Assembly (NCBI RefSeq): GCF_006345805.1
Contig: NW_021825270.1
Location: 1 to 16,139 of the forward strand
Source: Octopus sinensis
Taxonomy: Eukaryota
Length of the DNA: 16,139 nucleotides
Direction of reading: 5' to 3'
This document shows positions 1 through 10,772 of this stretch, piece after piece; positions within the stretch are counted from its first letter, which is position 1, and the number at the start of each line of letters is the position of its first letter. The notes below the pieces were generated by a model. That model was given only the letters and a program-made list of their open reading frames with translations. It made no database searches and was not told where the DNA came from. Position numbers and translations under genes: made by a program.

Positions 1-213
1 TATATATATATATATACATACTTAATAAAGTGTGTTCAGTAAAGATTTGCTTTACCACATACCGAAGTTTAGAAATAGCAGCCAAAAATCTTAGCTATTT
101 TTTCTACTTTAAAAAATGACTTCTAGTGAAACCAATATATATATATAGAGAGAGAGAGATATATATACACTCACGCAAATATATGTTTGTATATATATAT
201 ATATATATATATT

Positions 214-718
214 AAGGTATGTAGAAAAATACAACATGGACAAGAACGTATAACTCTTAGAAGACGATACAATAAACACGGACAGGACATTCGAAACCCC
301 CAGTCTTCAGTCAAGAACCGGATCATCGTAGTAATTTCGGCTGATTAATCTTGAGATTACTAGATCACGGCCAGCCCTCCAAGAAAAACTAAGCAATGGG
401 CATTAAAAAAACTAAGCAGGGAGCGTAGATTTCCTGGAAGAAGGATCGAATGCATACGGACACCAGGACAGCAAAAGGGACGAATATAAAAAAACAATGG
501 AATACAGAAACATGAAATACAGAAGTATTAACGGTGAAAACAACAACAAGTGTCTTACGAGTGATAACAAGCAAACAAATTTTTTCTCTGGCGCAAGGAA
601 AGGAGCCTTATCAGCGATGCCTATAGCGGCGGACGAAAAACAACGATGTTAACACGACGCTGGTCAGAAGCTGAAAGGCAGATTTCGGCTAGCAGTCACG
701 TGACAGAGAAGAGAGAAA
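214..718. repeat. Interspersed repeat flanked by (TA)n on both sides, possibly a Penelope-like terminal region
   Basis: A complex ~500-bp block (ggacattcgaa...cagtcttcagtcaagaaccggatcatc ... gctagcagtcacgtgac) bounded by TA tracts at 191-212 and 719-870. It resembles a repeat recalled from octopus DNA; the class assignment is inference only. Confidence 0.35.
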
Positions 719-755
<37 letters not shown>

Positions 756-823
756 ATATATATATATGTACACGCACTAATATATTCATATATATGTATA
801 TTATATATATATATATAATATAT

Positions 824-870
<47 letters not shown>
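719..870. repeat. (TA)n microsatellite
   Basis: Imperfect TA dinucleotide tract. Confidence 0.97.
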
Positions 871-872
<2 letters not shown>

Positions 873-1128
873 GTATGTTTAGGTGTGTGCGCCTGTGTGT
901 TTTTCTGTGATTACGTGTGTGATGGATCGTATGTGTGTGTGCTCTATAGAAACATATGTACATGGTTCATGCATACATCCGTTCATCCCTCCATCCATCC
1001 GTAAGTAGATAAATACATATATTAATACTTACATACGTAGATGCATCCATGCATACATACATGCACGCATACATACATATATATATACATAAAGACATAC
1101 ATATATTAACAAAATATCCATGACTTAC

Positions 1129-1272
1129 CGTTTTCGATTTCTCTTCCATTTTTCCTATTCTTGAATCTTGATGAAGAATCACGATCGTCAGAACGAGAAG
1201 AACCCCAAAAGCTATGAGAGAAGAAATGGAATAACGCTGCGAAATATTCCTGGACAGTTGTGCGAAATCCAT
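1129..1272 (-). CDS. Gene B first coding exon: type II membrane anchor / signal-anchor; gene continues off the left edge
   Basis: ATG at 1272 in strong context (AGAATGG) with an in-frame upstream TGA. Encodes 48 codons, MDFAQLSRNISQRYSISSLIAFGVLLVLTIVILHQDSRIGKMEEKSKT, with a hydrophobic stretch (SLIAFGVLLVLTIVIL) preceded by Arg residues. Ends exactly at a perfect phase-0 donor |GTAAGT (1128-1123), after which the frame runs into microsatellite. Confidence 0.7.
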
Positions 1273-1689
1273 TCTGGTGACAGTTGTCGGTCGTACGTGA
1301 TACTTCGTGTGGCTTCAACAAAAGATCGAGATGCGAGGTTTAAGCTGAAGACCTGTAACTGAATTCCACGTATTTATTGAGCGCACAACAACCCAGCTCT
1401 GGCATAGATCTTATCGTAAATTTATGAACCAATGCGATTGGTGGAACTGTAAAAGCGGGTGTGAACTTGTCTGACAGGTTTAATTATTGGAAAGAGATGG
1501 TTTGATATTGTCACGCAATAATTAGCAAAATATTTTGATGAATGAGAGACACGTGTAAAGTGAAATGATTCCTGTTCCTGGATATATTATGATATATTTA
1601 TTTACTAATGTTGTTATTTAATTTTATTTGTTATTCTTGGGAAACTGTTTTAATATTCAGTGTGGGAAGTATTTCGTTCAACCAACAAA

Positions 1690-1902
1690 TACACAGACAC
1701 AAAGTCACACACACACACTTACACACTGACACACACACCCACACACACTCGCACACACACACACACTAACACACACAAACACATACACTCACGCACACAC
1801 ACACTCACACACTCACGCACACACTGATACACACACACACATACATTGTCATACACACACACACTCACACATACACACACTCACACACACATACAAACAC
1901 AA

Positions 1903-1934
<32 letters not shown>

Positions 1935-2095
1935 TGATGCACACACACGCACACACTGACACAAACACATGCACACACACTCACACACACTCCCACACAC
2001 ACACATACACTGACACACACACACACATACACTGACACACACTCCCACACACACACACACACACACACTCACACACATACACACACACACACACA
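1690..2095. repeat. Compound (CA)n microsatellite
   Basis: ~400 bp of interrupted CA repeats; source of the VCVC ORFs. Confidence 0.97.
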
Positions 2096-2380
2096 CTGTT
2101 TTAATATCCCGAGTGGGAAGTATTTCTTTCAACCCACACAGTAATCGCAAGACTTAATCTAATGAATTCCGCTGTTCGGATTGGATTCTTCACAACAAGC
2201 GTTAATCGGATTAGAAAAGTTTTCTGTGAATATCAAAATCAAAACCTACCAATCCCCACCCACCCCTACCTATATACACACACACATACATACATACATA
2301 CATAGATACATACATGCGTGCATATATGTATACGTACATTTATGTATGTATACACGTATGCATGCATGTATGTATGAATG

Positions 2381-2782
2381 TTTTGTTTGTTTGGCATCCT
2401 TTCTGTCTCGGGAGACAATGGAGTTGCGCATTTTTTTTTTTTTCTAGGTCTAGTCCGGCTGTTATATTTTATTTCCTGTTACATTTCTTGCTGTGGCTGT
2501 GTAGTCCTATCCTGGACAAACACTCCCTCTGGCAGGTACTGCAAATGTAGCGAAGACTGATTGTAGTGCCATGGTCTCTTGTTTATGTCTCTTCCTTTCT
2601 TTCCATTTCTCCTCTCTCTCTCTGTCACTCCTCTGTATACCCTCTTTTACTGTACGTCGCCATTCTCCACGGTTGCCGGCGACTGCCTCCCAACCGCTAA
2701 TGTTGATGTTGCAGGCCTTCATATCCCTTTTGCAAACATCCTTGTAACGCAAGATCGGTCTACCCACAGACCTGGTACCCAT
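2381..2782 (-). mobile_element. 5'-truncated RTE (BovB-like) LINE 3' end
   Basis: GTRSVGRPILRYKDVCKRDMKACNINISGWEAVAGNRGEWRRTVKEG..., then after a frameshift a C2H2-type finger, YICSTCQRECLSRIGLHSHSKKCNRK* (TAA 2471-2469). The 3' UTR reads ccattgtctcccgagacagaaaggatgcc and ends in a (CAAA)n tail at ~2381. All are typical RTE C-terminal/3' features. Confidence 0.85.
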
Positions 2783-2816
2783 GTATGTATGAATGTAATC
2801 ATGTATATATCGATAG

Positions 2817-2925
2817 ACACATACATACATACATACATACATACATACATACATACATACATACATACATACATACATACATACTTACAACCATCCACCC
2901 ATCCATACATACATACATACATACT
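2817..2925. repeat. (TACA)n microsatellite
   Basis: Near-perfect TACA array with a short (TCCA)n interruption. Confidence 0.95.
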
Positions 2926-3129
2926 TGGTGGCTGCCTCCTCGTTATCGAGTAGGGCCATTGCACGAAGCTTCATCAATGTTGTTATCTTGCAATGCCTGT
3001 GCATGAAAATTTTTTTTAAAGCGAGGAAAGGCTGTGCACTGAGTCAATCCCAGTCACTAAGCAACAGCAGCCATAATCCGAAAAGAAAAAACAAGTCAAC
3101 ATCATCTGTAACCACTGAGCCGCAGGTTT

Positions 3130-3477
3130 TATATCGGAGTTATCCCAGTTACCTGAGTTACCTTCTCCTAGAAGGATGCCCTTATAAAGTCTAGGAGTCC
3201 TTCACTCCCAATGGTTTAACCGCGCGATCGGATATTCAGTCCGATTATTTCTATATCCCCGCGCATGATACAGCCTTAAGACAGTTTTTGGATGGCTGTT
3301 GACACTCAAGAGTTCCTCCGGTCTTTGACGGTTTTGTTTTTCATCCAGCAGGGTGTCCAATAAGCACCCTCCTCACCAAGCAAGCTTCGTGGGGTTGCCG
3401 GTTTAGTCGCCGACGACCCGACGATGCAGCAGGTTGTACTGGGTTACATGTTACCAGTAGCACACGAAAGTGACCTG
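3130..3477 (-). mobile_element. Probable retroposon-derived block (RTE 5' UTR-like)
   Basis: GC-richer, non-coding segment bounded by the (TACA)n tract. The minus strand contains ...ggcatccttctaggagaaggtaactc, similar to the ctaggagaaggaaaactc motif recalled from RTE 5' UTRs. No ORF. Confidence 0.3.
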
Positions 3478-3490
3478 ACATACATACATG

Positions 3491-3522
<32 letters not shown>

Positions 3523-3955
3523 CATGCATACATGGATAAATACATAGATAGAGGCATACATGCACACATACATACATACATACATACATACATGCATACA
3601 TACATACATGCTTACATACATGCGTACATACATACATACATACATATATACATGCATACATGCATACATACATACATACATACATACATACATGCATACA
3701 TACATGCATACATGCATACATACATACTCACATGCATACATGCATACATACATACATACATACATACATACATTCATGCATACATACATACATACATGCA
3801 TACATGCATACATACATACATGCATACATGCATACATACATACATACATACATACATGCATGCATACATACATACATACATACATACATACATACATACA
3901 TACATACATACATACATACATGCATACATACATACATGCATACATACATGCATAC
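3478..3955. repeat. Long (TACA)n/(TGCA) tetranucleotide microsatellite
   Basis: ~480 bp of TACA units interspersed with TGCA variants; source of the HTYI/MYVC ORFs. Confidence 0.97.
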
Positions 3956-5558
3956 AAAAATATCCTGTTCATGTTGTTGAAATTCCAATGAAAGATACTT
4001 GGAACTAAGTTAGAAGCCGTCTCTATATCTGTTGACCAGAAATATTCTATTAAAACCGAATAATGACATTCATACATATTTTTAGCTAGTCATTATCACT
4101 AGCTTTGAATATTTATCTTCTTGTTTTATAAATCATAGCAAAACCTACAGGTACAGTGTCTCCCATTTTAAACTCAATTCGCAAGTGCACCTTCCGTATG
4201 GACTGCATATGTACGGCGGAATTCCATAGTTATGATTAAATATTCTTAGATGAAGCATATTAGGCCCCTAAGATATAGTTTGACCTAATTTAATATATAT
4301 ATGTGTATGTGTGTCTGTGTGTGTGTGTGGGGGTAACACTCTCAGTTTGGCCCTCGAAATAAGGTGAATTTGAAATAAGCTACAAAATAAATCTTACATC
4401 CATGTCAGATTTCAACAAAGTCCCATAATTTTTCCTATTGTAATGGCGGGTTGCGTATGCAGCTGCGCATGCTCTGTACAGCTTAAACACCTGGCGGTCG
4501 TTTTAACTGTCTAATTATGCCGCTGAATCAAAAGATGAATTTGAAGATCTACCAGCGTCCGTATTCTCTGTAATTGTTTACGATTTACAACCAAGAAAAT
4601 ATTTGTAATCTAGAGAAGCGAATGCAGATTTACCCATTAGACTAATAATAGTGGGATAGTAAACATTAATAATCTTTAATCTTTATTGCAGCTTTATGTT
4701 GTTAACCGAACCCTTCGTTTATCTAACAAATATTCGACACACTCCAACATACTGTCATGAATCCTATTGGATATAACGTGACGGTCACAACATCTCAGCC
4801 TTCTTACACACAGCATCCGTGCTTGCCCTGACTATATTTGCTCTCTTTACTCTCACTTTTATGGGTGTTGTATTCGTTTTACATGAAATGTATTCAGCTT
4901 CTAGGATCCATCCTTTCTTCGGTTCTGGTATGTTTACGTAGATGAGTGAAAGAAATCGTCGTATTTGATGTTCTCTGCTGTCGAAATGAGGCAATTTTTC
5001 TGGTTGATTTCATTTCTTATTCTTGTATATCAGCGTTTAGTGTATTACGTGTATGTTGTGTGCATCGAGTTTCATTTTGTATCTTATTTTGAAGAGAGGT
5101 GGGAATTTTGTGATATAGATGTAGGTTGGCAGGACCAATACTCATTTATACTGTCTTTTGAGGGATTGATCGTGTAAATTCCACATTCTCAGAAAGCTTA
5201 AATTGAACATTTTGTGATATTTGTAAAGTAGACGATAAATAGGTTTTATAAGATATGGGGTTGGAATGGAACGGAAATCTTTCCTGATTAATAACGGCAA
5301 GTAGAATGGATTGTGTGGAAGTATCTGGTTGTTGTTGAAAGAATCAGTTAAGTTCTGTGCTAAGTAATGTAGCGGTTCATGGCTCCTTGTCAGAATCTGA
5401 TTTGTAATTTGAAAACCAAGATGTCTGAGATAGTAGCGTCGAGGATTAGATTTTCTAAGGCTGTGCATGAAAAGCTGATATAATTCTATGGTGGTACTTT
5501 ATTTGGGGTTTGTTGAATCATGAGACAGAAGACAAAATACTGTTAAACAAAATAACAT

Positions 5559-5564
5559 TTTATT
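5559..5564 (-). promoter_or_regulatory. Candidate polyadenylation signal of gene A
   Basis: AATAAA on the minus strand ~270 nt after the stop, followed by a T/GT-rich tract (atgttattttgtttaacagtattttgtcttctgtc). Alternative AATAAA hexamers lie at 5782-5787 and 5498-5503. Confidence 0.45.
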
Positions 5565-5833
5565 TCAACGATAAGTTTGATAAACTGAAATCTTACAAAA
5601 TGTTTTCTAGAATCATTTCGACAGATTTAGATTTTTCTTGTTTTTGAGGATATTTCTGGCATTCTACGTCGCCTCTTTTGTATTGTTTGAATATCTTCTG
5701 TAAACTAGTACAACAGATTATTGTAACGATAGACATACTTTAAAGAAAATATTAGGTAACAAAATTGAAAATTTTATGTTATTTATTAAAATTCACAGAC
5801 ATATTTTCATATGGAACCGAATTTAATTTCTAT

Positions 5834-6333
5834 TCAATATTTACTGCACACAACGCAGGTTAATTCTAGACCTTTGACATACGGTGGACATGGCAATGAA
5901 CCACAAACAGACTGAACGAAATATAATACAGCTCCACCATCGTCTTTGTAACCTGCTGGATCAGCTTCTGGTGCATAATCCACACACACATATTCAAGTC
6001 TGCCCTTATGTACATGACGTCCGGCCATCAAATATCCTGAATACTCAGCTGTCCAACCAGGGTAACACTTTGTCCTGGCTGGTAACATCATAACAGCAGC
6101 TGGTTGTCGTGTCAAACAGACAGCGCACGGAACGTCGTGATCATGAAGTGATTTAGCATTAGCAAAAGAAAAGATTTTATTAGTTGGGTAATCCTGTAGT
6201 TGATATTCACTGCCATAAATCGAACCCGCAGCTTCCCGTTTTGCAGTATAATTGGCCCAAATGGGATCTTTGGGTAGACATAAGAGATTACTTCCGCCAC
6301 CTGACTGGTCATAATATTGTCCACCAACTAAAC
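5834..6333 (-). CDS. Gene A terminal coding exon: short-chain collagen C4-like (spongin short-chain collagen / collagen IV NC1-related) Cys-rich domain
   Basis: Acceptor ttcttaccaattctag| before 6333, phase 1. The frame is open for 500 nt to TGA at 5836-5834: (G)LVGGQYYDQSGGGSNLLCLPKDPIWANYTAKREAAGSIYGSEYQLQDYPTNKIFSFANAKSLHDHDVPCAVCLTRQPAAVMMLPARTKCYPGWTAEYSGYLMAGRHVHKGRLEYVCVDYAPEADPAGYKDDGGAVLYFVQSVCGSLPCPPYVKGLELTCVVCSKY*. Motifs GGxNxLCLP, DVPCAVC, CYPGWTxEYxGYLM and CGSLPCPPY..ELTCVVC are recognised from this family. The ORF track shows only the last 93 codons. Confidence 0.9.
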
Positions 6334-6549
6334 CTAGAATTGGTAAGAATAAATCAAATAAAAAAGATATTAAGCAAAATTATATCTGAAATAACGGAAA
6401 CATTCATTACAGTTTGACCCTTAAAAGATGTCATGTTAACTCGCCTGTGAACGAATTGTGGTGTATGTGTTTGTGTTTATATGAGTGTAAGCTGTGTGTT
6501 GCTGTATGGGAGTGCGCATCAGTTCGCAGCTGTGTGTTTCTCTTCTCTT

Positions 6550-6551
<2 letters not shown>

Positions 6552-6596
<45 letters not shown>
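6552..6596. repeat. (TG)n microsatellite
   Basis: Perfect dinucleotide run. Confidence 0.97.
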
Positions 6597-6599
<3 letters not shown>

Positions 6600-7970
6600 G
6601 GTAAGTATTTGTGGTTGAGAAGTGTACTGCATGGGGTAGATGTTTGTGTGTGGATGTCAATAAACGGAGAAAGGAAAGGGATTTTGTAACGCATATGGTC
6701 GTGATTTCCCGAAATGGAAAAGTTGTCGTTCACGTTTGAACGGGAAAATTGTTGGTGATGGGAATTGCATATGGTTTGAGTAGAACAATACGAGAGACGG
6801 CGAGATGCAGAGAACTGGTGGGTAAGAGGGGATGAAATACTGTTTAGCCGACCATACGGGTGTGTCTGGCTATATCCATCGGTTTGTCTCGGACGAGTCA
6901 GGCCTACCACGAGACGGGCCTACCACATACTATAATATTATGATCACACAGATTTTATTTCATGCAAAGCATGAACTGAGGTGTGGTGAATTTTGAAGCT
7001 CATTGATGGCGTAGTGCTTAAGAAGAATGGACAGCGATGTCGGCGACCGATAAAGGACATGTGTAGGGTTTATAGGGAGCAGATTCACAAAGGATGCGAG
7101 GTTGCTTGGAGAAGATGTGGGAAGCAGTATCTTTGAATTGGATGTGCCGGCGTTACTTTACAAAGATACACTGGACAATTAATGAGGGGAGGTAACGCAT
7201 GGAAACAGAAAGGTTTGAGGGATAGGACGATTTCGGTGAGGTGGAGAAGAATAGAAGTGCAATATGTACTCACTTGGGTTCTCTCAGTGGTACTTGGTCC
7301 CTCCATATTTGGCATAATAAATACGGCCCTTAGTTAGCTTTGTCCATTAGTTACAGTGTGTGGTTTGTCCATTCCACGTTGTACATTCAGCGTTCATGTC
7401 ATTAACCATATACATTCATTCATCAATTCTAAGAGACCTTGTTTAATTTAGTCTATAACGACAATCAATAGACACTCTAGCTAATGATAGTCAAGTAGCC
7501 ACTTTTCAGCTCTGGTCACTCACGTACAATACCACCATCCGTAGCCAGTACACTTGATCATCAGTCAGCAGCCTCGGTATTTGATATCTACATCCATACA
7601 AATCAGCCAGGAGTCCTTGATCGCTATACTGGATTCCCGTCTAGTCCCTATCTATAATTTAACGTAGAGATATCTATATTCTGTAGTTAGACAACCGCCT
7701 TTTCACTTGGTCCGTAGTAGACAACATTTAAAATTCTGATTTGACCAAATACCTACAAAGGAGTAAGCAGTCTTGTGCAGATTCTATAGGGTCTATAGGT
7801 ATCGTTTCAAACGTGATATGTCATCAAATGATTTGCTTGAGTGTGTGGGTGTGTGTGTGAGAGAGAGGGGGAGGGAGAGGGACGACACAAAGAGAAAATG
7901 AGAGGAATAAAAAGAGAAGAAGAGAAAGATAAAATGAGAAAGAGAGGATAGAAGTATAGTTTATACTAAC

Positions 7971-8045
7971 CGTCATATACAAGGCTTGAATTAGTAGGAC
8001 AAGTAGTTCTGCCCCACCGGGTATACAATGATCCGGGACCAGGTT
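7971..8045 (-). CDS. Gene A internal exon (phase 1-1, 75 nt), start of the NC1-like domain
   Basis: Acceptor aatttcacag| at 8046 and donor |GTTAGT at 7970-7965. Reads (K)PGPGSLYTRWGRTTCPTNSSLVYD(G). The Y-x-RWGRTTCP motif is the usual start of this domain. The final G joins GT of the 6333 exon to form Gly in frame. Confidence 0.9.
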
Positions 8046-8499
8046 CTGTGAAATTAAAATGAAACAATGTAGTTTAAAAGAAAGAATTCTTGAATCCTAT
8101 ACAAAGGAAGTTGTTGGCTTGGAAGGAATTGATAGAGAGGAGAGAAATTTAAAATTTAAGAGAAAAAGAATGAGTGAATGAATGAAAATCAGAATGAAAG
8201 AAGTAAATGATTCGCTAAGAATAAATTTTAAACGAAGAAAATTAGTTATTTGTCTATTGAGCCTGTTGTTGACGTTGATGTCAACGAATTGAGAGATTAA
8301 TCTCAGAATATCAGAATGTGTATTTGGCTCCCTTAAAAACGGATGTTTGTTTTGTAGTTGAACTTGGATGTGAGTATATATATATATTTGTGACCATAAT
8401 AATGATAAAGTTCTTCTTTTATAGATATGTAGGCCATATTATCAATTCTTGGCACCTGATTGGTCAATTACAAATATCAGCTTGGTGTTTGGCGCGAAT

Positions 8500-10440
8500 C
8501 AGGCCATCATAGCAACAATATGCAAAGGGCTCGAAGGAATAGCCATACCGCGTCATCCATCGAGAGGGATAACAGTATTTGCGTCCGGATCTAGAGTGGA
8601 GGAGTCCATTCGGGAAATATATTGCCGTCTCCACTCATCTTAATCTGGGATGCATGTGAAGGGAGTACAAAATATGCGTGTTCCAGGACCCCGAAGCCGG
8701 TCCAGAAGGGATCAACCATTTATAATTGAGAATTTGACTGTCAAAACCGGACGAGACAAAACGTTGCCTGTTATATATAATCAGTTTTTTCAAGAAAGCT
8801 TCATTGCTTCGGAGGCGAACACTTGGAATTAGGTTGGAAACTCCACCGTGCAGGTGTGGTGCCAACTATGTCAGCACAGGCGGAAGTGGGATGCTCACAA
8901 TCCCTGGCTTTCGGATTGGATTATGGAGTGAATCCCACTAGGTATTAAGGGATATCTCCTGAAGCTAAAGCAGAATGAAGGAGTGATGTAGCTGCTGGTA
9001 GTAAATGCACCCAATAGCGAGGGCAAATACAAATCCTTCCTTAACAAAGTCACTGCAGCTTTGGATATATTTGGGGTAAAGTCATTTGTCTTACAAGGAG
9101 ACTTCCGTGCACACTTTGGAACTGATAACCGCAAGAAGTATTGATTGGGTGGAATGGCGTCACACACCTTAATGTGGTGGCCATACTAGTCTTCTGGACT
9201 CTCTATGATATAGATATCGTTTTAAGACAGGGTTGTTTATAAGGGTACTTGGAATAGAAATGCTTAGTGACAGAAATTCTTGATAGATGTTGTTGTCGTC
9301 TCAGTCCTCTTTGAGCCTGTGCTGGACGTTCGGGTAAAAGGAGTGGAGAGAGTTGTCAACTGACCACTACCAAGATGTCTGAAACCGGAAGATGCCTACA
9401 GTTGGGAGAACCTAGTAACTTGGTAAGTTCAATGCGACCTACAGAATAAAGTTGAAAGGAGTTGTGGATGATGGAATAAGAAACAAAATTGTGGATAATA
9501 TTGCATCCAAATTGAGAGAGACCCACATGAATAAACTTGGGCATCGAAATCGATTGGAGATTGTATCATTTTTTTCGAACTAAATCACTGAAAAGTGATA
9601 AAGCTGCTGGAGAGAAATACGTTCGTCTTGATAATTTAAAACCCTTAAATACTCAGGGTATTCTCTGAGTGACCCATGTATGCTAGGTGGAATGGGGCAT
9701 CAGGGAAAACACGAAGGCAATGTCAATCCGGGGTAATAATCACAGATTTTTTTAAGACAAAGTCTACACTACATGTCTAGAAATATTACGTAGAGAAGTG
9801 GTCGCGCCCAAGATTACTGTCCTGGAAACAGTACACCCGACCAGATATTCGTTCAAAGCAGATCTTCGAGAAAACGTTGAAATATTTCCAAGGGGAATAC
9901 GCTGTAGACCACGTGCCGTGGGGCATGTTGCGGATGGTTTACCAGGAAGGTGAGATTATTGGGCAAATACTTTTTACCGTAAAATACTCGTACGGATGTC
10001 CAAATGTTTGTATTTGTGCAAAAGTCGAATGTTTTCAACATGGAGTTTGGACTTCAATAGAAGAGCGTTTTGTTAGTGCTTCTTCTCACATTTCTTATGG
10101 TCTGGTTGAGCATGGCTCAGCCATTTTAGTAGAAGTATCTCATTTCGTCTGTAAGGGATCGGTCGACTGCTATTTGCGGACGACATGCAGCTATCTGACT
10201 CATGTCATGTTCACTTTCGACATGCATTGAATGGGTTGGCTGCCGAGTGCTCCAAGGCAGGGATGACTAACACACACTCTGCAGGAAAGTGGAACATCGT
10301 TACTTCGGGAATCTATTCACGAGTGATTGGAAGCACAAGACTGAACAGATTGCTAAATTCTAGAGATAAACGCATTTATGCGCTAGGTAGGGCATTCGAT
10401 TCTCAGACGAACGATGGTTGGTACACTTATCGACGTAGCG
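8500..10440 (+). mobile_element. Degenerate RTE-clade non-LTR retrotransposon (AP endonuclease + reverse transcriptase), antisense within a gene A intron
   Basis: Broken frames give GWKLHRAGVVPTMSAQAEVG (~8830-8890), VVNAPNSEGKYKSFL...SFVLQGDFRAHFGTD (GDF at 9097), FLIDVVVVS..VLDVRVKG (~9275-9345), KSLKSDKAAG (~9580), PGNSTPDQIF (~9820), DHVPWGML, LFADDMQL (FADD 10173-10184) and HALNGLAAECSKAGM. Many stops and indels, plus an internal deletion between APE and RT. Boundaries are approximate. Confidence 0.88.
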
Positions 10441-10772
10441 CTGCACACACACACACACACACACACACTCATATACACACAATTAATGTCATAGTATAAC
10501 AGAGTAAAATTTTATTAAGGAAATTATTGTAAAGAAAAATGTATTTCAAAAGAAATTTAGACTAGTGTCTTAGTATATATTACTGAAGAAATATGGATAG
10601 TGATGTAGAGACAATTCAACTTTGGTGAAATTATAAATCGTTAAGGAGACACGGGTGAATGACTTTAGCTAAACACTGTAGAACTGGAAGCTGGATACTT
10701 TATAATATTTAATCTCATTCCTGAACATTTCTTCAAAGTTATTGTCTTATACAATATAAAATTAGTTCTTAC

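Noticed and set aside
280-320. Hammerhead-ribozyme-like core on the minus strand (CTGAAGA...CGAAT) in the 214-718 repeat
   Set aside because: Has GAAT rather than the required GAAA, and no convincing stems I-III could be drawn. A covariance-model search would be needed to rescue it.
3341-4077. Long ORFs on both strands (up to 208 aa; HTYI/MYVC repeats)
   Set aside because: Translations of the (TACA)n microsatellite, which lacks stops by composition. The same applies to ORFs at 664-963, 1865-2150, 2181-2447, 2579-3006, 6414-6910, 13435-13689 and 15275-15749.
6745-6783. Plus-strand peptide KIVGDGNCIW resembling an OTU protease catalytic motif
   Set aside because: A stop follows within a few codons and no other OTU motifs are present; probably chance.
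6960-7260. Possible decayed CR1/Jockey LINE 3' end on the minus strand
   Set aside because: Only faint peptide resemblance across several frameshifts; not supportable without a search.
7274-7320. GTGAGT donor at 7273-7268 suggesting an extra gene A exon (MPNMEGPSTTERTQ)
   Set aside because: No good acceptor, wrong phase for the 1-1 intron, and the flanking exons already join into a continuous domain.
7524-7651. AG...GTGAGT-bounded segment on the minus strand
   Set aside because: Stops in all three frames.
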